This document shows positions 24,780 through 32,000 of a stretch of 32,000 nt of DNA, in pieces. The position numbers and the translations under genes are program-made. Positions within the stretch are counted from its first letter, which is position 1, and each line of letters starts with the position of its first letter. Origin of the DNA: Nitrososphaerota archaeon (GTDB lineage: Archaea; Thermoproteota; Nitrososphaeria; Nitrososphaerales; UBA57); contig VHBL01000003.1 of NCBI GenBank assembly GCA_016871995.1, forward strand, positions 116,603 through 148,602, given 5' to 3'. A model generated the notes under the pieces. The model was not told the origin of the DNA, ran no database searches, and saw nothing but the letters and a program-made list of their open reading frames with translations.

Positions 24780-25875
24780 CCACGAGACCCGCGTCCAGGC
24801 CAGCTCCACCCCAATCTATGAGTTCGAGGAGAAGTTCGCAAGATATGTCGGCGTTAAGCATGCAATAGCGGTTAGCTCAGGAACAGCTGGCTTGATGGCC
24901 GCAATGATGGCATTGCAAATGGAGCCTGGAGACAACGTCGTGACCACGCCGCTCACCCATATCTCAACAGCAAACGCGGTTCTGAGCGCTGGCGGAATAC
25001 CGCTCTTCGCAGATGTAAACAAGGGGACATTCTGCCTGGATTCGGAGAAGGTAGTCGAGGCAATGGACGAGCGTACCAGAGGTGTGATTGGCGTCCACCT
25101 TTACGGGCTTCCCCTTGACGTTAGCGCGCTAGAAGAAGTGAGGCGCGAGAAGGGAATTAGGGTCATAGATGACGCCGCGCACGCACTGGGCGCATCCAGA
25201 CACGGAAAGAAGGTTGGATCCATAGGTGACATGACCGTTTTCTCGTTCTACGAAACTAAACATATTAGGCTCGGCGAAGGGGGTATGATAACAACTGACG
25301 ACCACGAACTCGCAGAACGTTGCAGGATGGTCAGCTCGCACGGGCAAACCGGGAAATATAATCACACCGCGCTTGGGTATAACTTCAGGCTCGCACAGGG
25401 CCTTGCCGAAGCTGCTCTGAAACAGCTCGTCAACATCGACGCCGAAGTGAACCGCAGGAGGCGGCTAGCACGAGTATACACAGAGGAGCTTCAAAAGATT
25501 TCTTGGATAAGCCCACAGAATGTCGATTCGAATGTCGAACATTCATATTACATGTTTCCAGTGGTAATAGAAGGCATCGCACCGAAGAAGATAGACGATC
25601 TGGCCCGATTAGTATCGTTAGAGGCCTCTTGCCCAGTGAGCAGAGGCTACGGTTTGCTATCATACCAGCAACCGTTTTATCAGAACATTCAGAAGCTGTT
25701 TTGGGGTGCCAAACTGATGAAGTTCCCAGACTATTCTAGATACGATCTACATAGTGCTCAACATGTGGTGGAGAGAGTTGTAGAGCTGCCAACAACCGAT
25801 TCTGTGGATGAGGAAAAAGCCGTCCAGATATCGGAATACCTTGTAAAGGGGTTCAGGAGAGCGAGCTCGAGTTGA
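24772..25875 (+). CDS. DegT/DnrJ/EryC1/StrS-family PLP-dependent sugar aminotransferase
   Basis: 367 aa with FEEKFARYVGVKHAIAVSSGTAGL, DDAAHALGA and VFSFYETKHIRLGEGGMI (catalytic Lys present). It overlaps the upstream gene by 8 nt. The N-terminus is somewhat shorter than usual for the family. Confidence 0.85.
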   Translation: MPNHETRVQASSTPIYEFEEKFARYVGVKHAIAVSSGTAGLMAAMMALQMEPGDNVVTTPLTHISTANAVLSAGGIPLFADVNKGTFCLDSEKVVEAMDERTRGVIGVHLYGLPLDVSALEEVRREKGIRVIDDAAHALGASRHGKKVGSIGDMTVFSFYETKHIRLGEGGMITTDDHELAERCRMVSSHGQTGKYNHTALGYNFRLAQGLAEAALKQLVNIDAEVNRRRRLARVYTEELQKISWISPQNVDSNVEHSYYMFPVVIEGIAPKKIDDLARLVSLEASCPVSRGYGLLSYQQPFYQNIQKLFWGAKLMKFPDYSRYDLHSAQHVVERVVELPTTDSVDEEKAVQISEYLVKGFRRASSS

Positions 25876-25916
25876 GACATTAGAATGCGAGTTTTGCCGG
25901 GGGAAGATATTCTGAA

Positions 25917-26984
25917 ATGAAGGGGCTCCTATTGGCTGGAGGTCACGGTACCAGACTGAGACCACTAACTGCCACGGGCAATAAGCATATGTTGCCGATC
26001 GCCAACAAGCCGATGCTTCTTTACGGGCTGGAGCAATTGAGGGATGCCGGAATAGAGGAGTTGGCCATTATACTCGGCCCAATAAAAGAGGGCGTCGCTG
26101 AGACGATAGGGGATGGTTCCAGATTTGGCATCAAAGTTACCTACCTAAACCAGCCCGAGCCAAGAGGGCTCGCGCATGCGGTTCAAATATCTGAAGGATT
26201 TATGAACGGAGAGCCATTCGTAATGTACCTTGGAGACAACCTGTTGAAGCAGAGAGTCGGAGATTTTGTCAAAATTTTTGAGGACGGTGGTTTCGATTGC
26301 GTTGTTGGCGTTTCGACCGTAAAAGACCCCACTAGATTCGCTGTCGCCGAGATGCATGGTGATAGAATAGTCAGGCTCACAGAAAAGCCTAGAGAACCGA
26401 AGAGCAACCTTGCAGTGATTGGGGTCTATGTTTTCGGGAGCGCAATCTTCGACGCTGTAAGAAAGATAAAATTGAGCTTGAGGAATGAGCTGGAAATAAC
26501 GGATGCAATTCAGATGCTTCTTGATGACAGAAAGAAGGTTAAGGCTCAGACTGTATCAGGATGGTGGAAGGATACAGGCAGACCCGAAGATCTTTTGGAG
26601 GCAAACCAGCTTGTACTTGAAGACTTGGATTCAAGAATGGAAGGCACCCTGTCAGAAGACACCCAGCTGAGTGGCAGGGTCGCCATAGGGTTAGCCACCC
26701 GTGTATCAGGGAGAGTGACCATCAGGGGGCCGGCAATAATAGGCCAAAACTGCAAGATAGGGCCCGATGTCTATATCGGACCTTACACCTCCGTCGGAGA
26801 CGGATGTACCCTCAAAAATGTTGAAATCCAGAACTCGATCATCATGGGAGAGTGCATGATAGAGACCGGGAAGCGCATAACGGACAGCCTTATAGGAAGT
26901 TACTCAATCATAACTAACGGAGAAGCGGCGGTTCCTCAAGGACAGAGGCTGATCATTGGTGAGCGATCTTTTGCCCAAATCTGA
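25917..26984 (+). CDS. rmlA: glucose-1-phosphate thymidylyltransferase, long (archaeal-type) form with C-terminal left-handed beta-helix
   Basis: 355 aa with MKGLLLAGGHGTRLRPLTATGNKHMLPIANKPML and the YLGDN region. C-terminal hexapeptide repeats are present (VTIRGPAIIGQNCKIGPDVYIGPYTSVGDGCTLKNVEIQNSII). Confidence 0.9.
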   Translation: MKGLLLAGGHGTRLRPLTATGNKHMLPIANKPMLLYGLEQLRDAGIEELAIILGPIKEGVAETIGDGSRFGIKVTYLNQPEPRGLAHAVQISEGFMNGEPFVMYLGDNLLKQRVGDFVKIFEDGGFDCVVGVSTVKDPTRFAVAEMHGDRIVRLTEKPREPKSNLAVIGVYVFGSAIFDAVRKIKLSLRNELEITDAIQMLLDDRKKVKAQTVSGWWKDTGRPEDLLEANQLVLEDLDSRMEGTLSEDTQLSGRVAIGLATRVSGRVTIRGPAIIGQNCKIGPDVYIGPYTSVGDGCTLKNVEIQNSIIMGECMIETGKRITDSLIGSYSIITNGEAAVPQGQRLIIGERSFAQI

Positions 26985-28236
26985 CCTGCCACGAGGCAAG
27001 GAAGCGACTGCGGCCCATTTTCCTGTGACCAAGGTATGCTTCATATCACCTTACCCGCCGCAAAAGGGCGGTATATCAGAATACTCAAAGTCCTTGGCCG
27101 AAGAACTCGGAAGACACATGAAGGTGACGGTGTTTGCGCAAAAGATTGAAGCACCGGCGGGTGAGGTGGATTCACCAAATGTCTTTGTGAAAAGAATTTG
27201 GAAACCAAATTCAATCCTGGCACCACTGAAGTTGTTCAAGGAGACAATCAAGGAAAGCCCGGATGTCGTCCATCTCCAGTATGAATCATACGGCCTCTAC
27301 GGAATCTTAGATTTTCTGACAACGCCGATTCTCATTATTTTATTGCGATTCGCTTGCAGGAAGGAAGTTATCACCCTTCATAGTTTCCTCATTCTTCCCT
27401 CGGAACGCACCCAGGATAGAGATTACATCACATCTGGGTCATCGGGTAAATTCATCAAATATGCATATCAAGTTCTCAGGACGACGGTCAAGCTTTCGCT
27501 TCGCTTCGCGAGTACCATTATCGTCCACTCGGACTTCATCGCCATGAGAATCGCTCAGGCAATCTCCCGTGATTACAGAATAGCGGTCATTCCTATCGGT
27601 TCTGCAACTTCTGACAACACATACTCGAAAGAGGAGGCAAGGAGACGCCTTGGATTCATTGCCAGCAAAATGATACTCTTCTTCGGGTTCATCAGTGCCT
27701 CAAAGAACATACATGAACTTATAGATGCTTCACAAGAAGTATTGAACAAGGATCCTGATGCATTGGTCGTCATCGCTGGAATCCCTGCCGAGTTCGACCC
27801 GAACGGGAGAAGATACCTTGACGACCTCCGGAAGCGTGCAGATTGGACGCGAAGAATAGTATTTGTAGATCGCTTCGTAGATACAAATGAGATGGACTTG
27901 CTTTTCGCTGCGGCAGATGTCGTGGTCTTAACGTACTCAATAGTACAAGGCAGTAGCGCGACATTGTCAACTGCTCTCGGTTACGGCGTTCCCGTCATAG
28001 TCCCTGAGGGAGGAATCGCGGCAAAGGATGTTGGCTTAAACGAGGTTGGTCTGACCTACAAACGGGGAGATGTCGGTTGCTTGGCAGATAGAATTACCTC
28101 GATTCTCTCGAATGAGCAATTAAGGGGAGAACTTGCGGTGAACGCCAAGAGGGCTGCACGAACCAGAAGTTGGAACGTCGTAGCCAGAGAGACAATGCGA
28201 GTGTATTGTGCAGAAGACGGCCGCAAGACTGCTTAG
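26956..28236 (+). CDS. family 4 (GT-B) glycosyltransferase
   Basis: Contains KVCFISPYPPQKGGISEYS (a typical GT4 N-terminus) and a C-terminal GT-B region (VVLTYSIVQGSSATLSTALGYGVPVIVPEGG). The track start TTG 26956 overlaps rmlA by 29 nt. GTG 27025 (VTKVCFISPYPP...) is the more likely true start. Confidence 0.8.
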   Translation: MVSDLLPKSDLPRGKEATAAHFPVTKVCFISPYPPQKGGISEYSKSLAEELGRHMKVTVFAQKIEAPAGEVDSPNVFVKRIWKPNSILAPLKLFKETIKESPDVVHLQYESYGLYGILDFLTTPILIILLRFACRKEVITLHSFLILPSERTQDRDYITSGSSGKFIKYAYQVLRTTVKLSLRFASTIIVHSDFIAMRIAQAISRDYRIAVIPIGSATSDNTYSKEEARRRLGFIASKMILFFGFISASKNIHELIDASQEVLNKDPDALVVIAGIPAEFDPNGRRYLDDLRKRADWTRRIVFVDRFVDTNEMDLLFAAADVVVLTYSIVQGSSATLSTALGYGVPVIVPEGGIAAKDVGLNEVGLTYKRGDVGCLADRITSILSNEQLRGELAVNAKRAARTRSWNVVARETMRVYCAEDGRKTA

Positions 28237-28336
28237 GTTGGATTTAGGAGCCATTTATTCATCCTCTACATCATGGAATTCTTTCGCAGACAATTGCGAA
28301 ATTGAACGCATTGTATAGGAGCATCAACGTTTAGGC

Positions 28337-29092
28337 TCAAGCTCGGCTGCGATGACTGGATGAGATAAGTGGCACTAAACTAGACTTCGATACACAATCA
28401 CTGCGAGGGACAAACCACAATGGGACTCTTTGACGGAAGTCGAGATATGCGTCGGTCAAATCATTTATTGTCCAAAAGGTTAGTTGAAGAACTAGAATAA
28501 TCAGGGGTGAATTATGAAGAATCGACGTGGAGAAAGTCAAGAATCTTGACCGACGACTCCCTTCAGCAGTCCCGAGATGAGTACATGTACAGAGAATCGG
28601 AGGAGAACCATAGAGATAAGTCATTCGCCCTGTGAATAATTAGAGAAATCTGGAAAGAGGCGTCTAAGACGTTGCCATACGTGCCAACTGCCTGTTGAGA
28701 GGCGGCTTGGAGAGTATCGAGCCCATGGGTTGCGATGAGGTTGTCAGGAGAACCTCTCAGTTCGTGGGGACGAAGTTTAGGAGAAGATGTTTCCCCGCCT
28801 AAATAGACAAGCAGTATGTAGGGCGTTTGAATAGACATGTTTGCGAGCCTCTCTCCGCGACTGTGGACTTTCGCAGAGGTCAACATCGGTAAGCGGCGTG
28901 CACTATCACGTCTGGCCTAATTTCTTTCATCACTTTGACAATTTCGTTCTGGCTTTGCAAGTTTATCCGAACCCGAGTACCAAAAGAAGGCACATGTTTA
29001 TTGTATAGCGAATAGATTTCATGAGCTCTGGAAGCCTGTACTACAAATGCTAAGCCTAAAAGACCGCTCGCACCAGTTACAGCAATCTTCAT
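28337..29092 (-). pseudogene. decayed dTDP-4-dehydrorhamnose reductase (rmlD-like), split over at least 3 frames
   Basis: ATG 29092 gives MKIAVTGASGLLG...IRPDVIVHAAY, then a premature TGA. After a frame change it reads DVDLCESP. Another frame has GERLAN...RPHELRGSPDNLIATHGLDTLQAASQQAV, where the RmlD YGxSK catalytic motif reads HGLDT. A third frame (28337-28624) has NDLTDAYLDF, resembling the RmlD 'DLAxAI' region. Confidence 0.55.
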
Positions 29093-29096
29093 GTGT

Positions 29097-30093
29097 CTAC
29101 CACCTTAGCTTCCGAGGTGTCGGATGGAGCATCTTCTCATCGGTCAGAAGCCTCCACCATAGTTCGTTCTTCACGTACCACTTAACAGTCTTCTTTAGTG
29201 CTTCGCGAAACGTATGTTTCGGCTTCCAGCCGAGTTCACTCCGTATTTTTGAGCTGTCTAGGCTATACCTCTGGTCGTGGCCGGGCCTATCCTCGACGTA
29301 TTCGATCAGATTCTTAGGCTTCCGTAAGATGCTTAGTATCTCTGAAACGACTACAATGGTCTCAAGCTCGTTGCCAGAGCTAATGTTATAAACTTCGCCA
29401 CTTCTGCCGTCACGGATAACTCTGTCAATCGCTGCGCAATGATCCTCGACGTATATCGTCTCTGATGTTTTTCCCAGTGCCATAGACAGGAACCTTCATC
29501 TCCAGAGTTGCTCGAATTATCGCCTTCGGTACCAGCTTCTCAGGGAACTGGTAAGGGCCGAAGTTGTTTGTGCACCTGGTAATAAGCGTCTTTAAGCCAT
29601 ATGTCCTGTGGTATGCATGAATGAGCATACTCGCTGCAGCTTTTGATGCTGCATACGGGGATGAAGGACAGAGTCTGTCCTTTTCTTTGAAGGAGCCATC
29701 TGCGATATCACCATATTCTTCATCCGTTCCAACCTGAATGAATCTGATTTCTTTCCTTGCCTTCCTCATAGCTTCAAGGATTGAATAGACACCCAGTATG
29801 TTGGTGCTGACGAAACTTTTGGGATCTGATATGCTCCTATCTACATGTGTTTCAGCCGCAAAGTTAACTATTGCATCGGTTCCATTGACGAGCGCTCTAG
29901 CAGTCTTCTCATTCGCGATGTCACCCTTGATGAAACAATAACGCGTATCATCGTTTAGTACTTGGAGGTTATTGCGATTCGAACCATATGTGAGCTTGTC
30001 CACATTTTTGATTTGAATTGATCCCTCTTTAGCAATAAATCTGATGAAGTTACTTCCGATGAAACCAAATCCGCCTGTCACGGCGAAGGGCAT
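29097..30093 (-). pseudogene. frameshifted paralogue of dTDP-glucose 4,6-dehydratase (rmlB')
   Basis: Two overlapping ORFs (29425-30093, 29097-29483) together give a full RmlB: MPFAVTGGFGFIGSNFIRF...GTDEEYG...SPYAASKAAAS...TRCTNNFGPYQFPEKLVP...GKNIRD / IYVEDHCAAIDR...DRPGHDQRYSLDSSKI. At about nt 29457 a single g stands where the intact paralogue has the Trp codon of RDWIYV, consistent with a 2-nt deletion. Confidence 0.8.
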
Positions 30094-30100
30094 GATCAGT

Positions 30101-31075
30101 TTATTCCCCGCGTGCTCTTAGTAGAGCATTCAGTTGCAGACCGTCATTATAAAGTGAATCTGTCCGGTGCGTCATAAGCTTTGCTGCAGTAAAGGCGTAC
30201 GGCAGCAAAAAGATACGGTGTCGTTTGCTGAAGACTGAGGTTACTAGCATTATGCCCGTTTCTATGAAACAGTCTATCAATAGCTCAACCCTCAAGAGAA
30301 GAGCTGACATACGGCTTCCGTACTTAGACTCGAAGTAGAGACGCCCTTGATATCCCCAAAAAATTGAGCGGTACCCTTTGTGTCCACGGGCTCCTAGATG
30401 AATAATTGTTGCATCAGGATAGTAGACAACACGATAACCCATTCGCCGTGCTCTTAAGCACAGGTCAACAACATCCTCCAGAGAGAGAAAGAAACTCGAA
30501 TCATATCCTCCCAGCTCCAAGAAAAGTTGCCTCCTAATTAGCAAACATGCCCCAGAGACAAAGAGAACATTTTGAGTGCCATTTACGGTTACTCTGCGTC
30601 GCTTCTGGGAAACTATAGTCAAAGGGAGCTTGAGCCACCCAGCAGCAGTAATGCGTATCGGAGCCCAAGTCGTAAAGAAACTTGGTTCAACTGAACCGTC
30701 ACCAGAAAAGATTCTTGGGCCGACAACGCCAACATCTGGGTGCGAATCAAGGTAAGCAGCCAGGAGTCCAATTGAACCCGGTTTGATTTCTGTATCGGGG
30801 TTTAATATAAGAATGTATTCTCCTGAGCACGCATTCATTGGTTCATTGTTTGCGCGCGCAAGTCCTACATTGTCTACGTTCAGAATGACCCTTACATTCG
30901 ATGTTTTTAATCCCCGTAGGATCACACGGAAGTCAACATTAGAAGCATTATCTATTACAAAAATTTCCATTGGAGTTGACTCACGATTTAAGCTATCTAG
31001 GCATTGCATGAATTCCTCCTGTGCATTGTACGTGACTATTACCACTGAAACTTTTGGGTGTACGGATGGTGGCAA
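30101..31075 (-). CDS. family 2 glycosyltransferase (GT-A), intact
   Basis: 324 aa with VSVVIVTYNAQEEFMQCLDSL, VIDNASN, NPDT and LEDVVDLCLRARRMGY. Confidence 0.85.
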   Translation of the reverse strand: MPPSVHPKVSVVIVTYNAQEEFMQCLDSLNRESTPMEIFVIDNASNVDFRVILRGLKTSNVRVILNVDNVGLARANNEPMNACSGEYILILNPDTEIKPGSIGLLAAYLDSHPDVGVVGPRIFSGDGSVEPSFFTTWAPIRITAAGWLKLPLTIVSQKRRRVTVNGTQNVLFVSGACLLIRRQLFLELGGYDSSFFLSLEDVVDLCLRARRMGYRVVYYPDATIIHLGARGHKGYRSIFWGYQGRLYFESKYGSRMSALLLRVELLIDCFIETGIMLVTSVFSKRHRIFLLPYAFTAAKLMTHRTDSLYNDGLQLNALLRARGE

Positions 31076-31208
31076 TATCTGATAAATCTAGAAATCCTCC
31101 TTTTAAGTACTGTGCTATTTGTGTTGGACAACTATTCTCCCGCGGGGTGTAATCCTTATGAATAGGTTGCATAGCGATACCTTCGCCGCCATTTCTTTGA
31201 AGAAAGAG

Positions 31209-31833
31209 TCAGACCTGTAAGGTTCTCCGTAAGTTTACTATTTTCTCTATAGCTGCAACCCTTGCCATGGCTAGATAATCCTTCCCTGTCGTCTTGTACT
31301 CTGCTAATGGGCTATCTCTCAGATGTAATAGCGATACTTGTGGATGCCCAATTCTTGTCATCCTATGTACCCTTTTCAAATGGAACTTCCTAATCAAACT
31401 ATTTGCTATCCTGTCGCTATGGGCCTCGATTACAATTGGGGTTTCCAACTTCCTATGATAACCAAGCAATAGCTTCTCAGCTCCTTCGATGTCCATCTTC
31501 ATAAGATCATGCTCTAAAGAGAGATGATTTAGTTTAAAGAAATCGTTCATCATGACGACATTAAGGCCATTCTTTTCGACGTTTTTTCAGTATCAAAAAG
31601 GCAGAAGGAGCTGGCTCTATTGATATTACATTCTCAGCACCAATCGCCAAATAAAATGCAGCGGTTTTACCGCAACCTGCTCCAATGTCAAGAACAGTAA
31701 GACCAGCAGGGTCGACAGGAAGGTAGAATTGCTCCCAAATTTCTAGCTCCCGCGAAACAAGGTCACTATACTCCTTGGGAAGTTCTATCTCATGCCCATA
31801 GAGTTTTATTAGGCGACTAACAACCGTGAAGAA
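31209..31833 (-). pseudogene. FkbM-family SAM methyltransferase, disrupted (frameshift in a 6-nt homopolymer, no usable start)
   Basis: The C-terminal ORF 31209-31553 has KMDIEGAE, the FkbM signature. The N-terminal part is in another frame (31564-31833): ...VDPAGLTVLDIGAGCGKTAAFYLAIGAENVISIEP (SAM motif I). The frames switch at the T6 run 31582-31587. The N-terminal frame has no ATG/GTG/TTG before motif I and follows the upstream gene's TAG directly in frame. Confidence 0.7.
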
Positions 31834-32000
31834 CTACGACCTTCGCCGTGACAAAATATTAAGTATTATTTTAATTGTTCCCAATCCTGTAATACTCCAA
31901 TCGAATTGTTCAGCTGTTTTCTTGCAATTTTGCGATAACTGCGCCAATAATGCCCTATCTTGGTAAAGTCGTCTTATGTAGTGTGACCATAGATGGTCCC
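31834..32000 (-). CDS. C-terminal end of a probable GT-B glycosyltransferase (partial, enters from beyond the window end)
   Basis: The minus frame is open from nt 32000 to TAG at 31836-31834: DHLWSHYIRRLYQDRALLAQLSQNCKKTAEQFDWSITGLGTIKIILNILSRRRS. The '...a.k.a.e.FsW...' pattern is typical of GT4 C-termini. Assignment rests on this short tail only. Confidence 0.4.
   Translation of the reverse strand, partial: DHLWSHYIRRLYQDRALLAQLSQNCKKTAEQFDWSITGLGTIKIILNILSRRRS

Noticed and set aside
28282-28301. 7-bp stem hairpin (tttcgca-gacaat-tgcgaaa) in the convergent spacer after GT4 28236.
   Set aside because: It is a weak stem with no flanking oligo-T tract of the kind associated with archaeal termination, so I cannot support a terminator call.
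1-32000. Possible genome-wide stop-codon reassignment, prompted by the in-frame TAG at 1399, the in-frame TGA at 22598 and the in-frame TAG at 31834.
   Set aside because: TAA, TAG and TGA each terminate several well-conserved genes at the expected family length. Examples are TAA for pyrG and asnB, TAG for the PQQ protein, hicA and GT4 28236, and TGA for rfbB, rmlA and vapB. Local explanations are more likely.
1-32000. Search for CRISPR arrays, tRNA/rRNA genes, IS elements or integrases.
   Set aside because: I saw no short regularly spaced repeats, no cloverleaf-like or rRNA-like conserved stretches in the intergenic regions, and no transposase or integrase motifs in any frame inspected. The only repeat found is the 266-bp pair at 11462 and 12392.

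Overview
Probably an archaeal chromosomal segment, judging from AT-rich TATA-like boxes about 25-40 nt upstream of starts, long-form RmlA with a C-terminal hexapeptide-repeat domain and several AbrB-PIN pairs. The taxon cannot be fixed from this window. There are three blocks. (i) 1-8.9 kb is housekeeping or conserved: the 5' part of metG, a minus-strand operon of small genes, pyrG, a secreted and membrane-anchored PQQ-type beta-propeller dehydrogenase, a small Cys-rich CWC-type ORF missed by the ORF track, a UDP-sugar epimerase-like SDR and a 595-aa polytopic membrane protein. (ii) 8.9-13.4 kb is a small accessory islet. It holds a start-less terminase nuclease-domain remnant, two AbrB/PIN vapBC pairs, a hicBA pair sitting exactly between two 266-bp direct repeats that duplicate the 5' end of a membrane-protein gene, and an orphan RHH gene with a perfect palindromic operator. 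(iii) 13.4-32.0 kb is a glycan-biosynthesis supercluster. It holds an AsnB-like amidotransferase, six complete plus one partial glycosyltransferase genes, methyltransferases, and a + strand dTDP-sugar operon (rmlB, SDR, E1/RfbH-like PMP dehydratase that appears to lack the Fe-S cysteines, DegT aminotransferase, long rmlA, GT4). A second, decayed minus-strand operon carries frameshifted rmlB', fragmented rmlD' and a broken FkbM methyltransferase around an intact GT2. Several genes have start or frame anomalies that need read-level verification. I found no rRNA, tRNA, CRISPR array, transposase or integrase. The most unusual item is the repeat-bracketed 930-nt hicBA module. No clearly novel multi-gene system beyond that can be supported from sequence alone.
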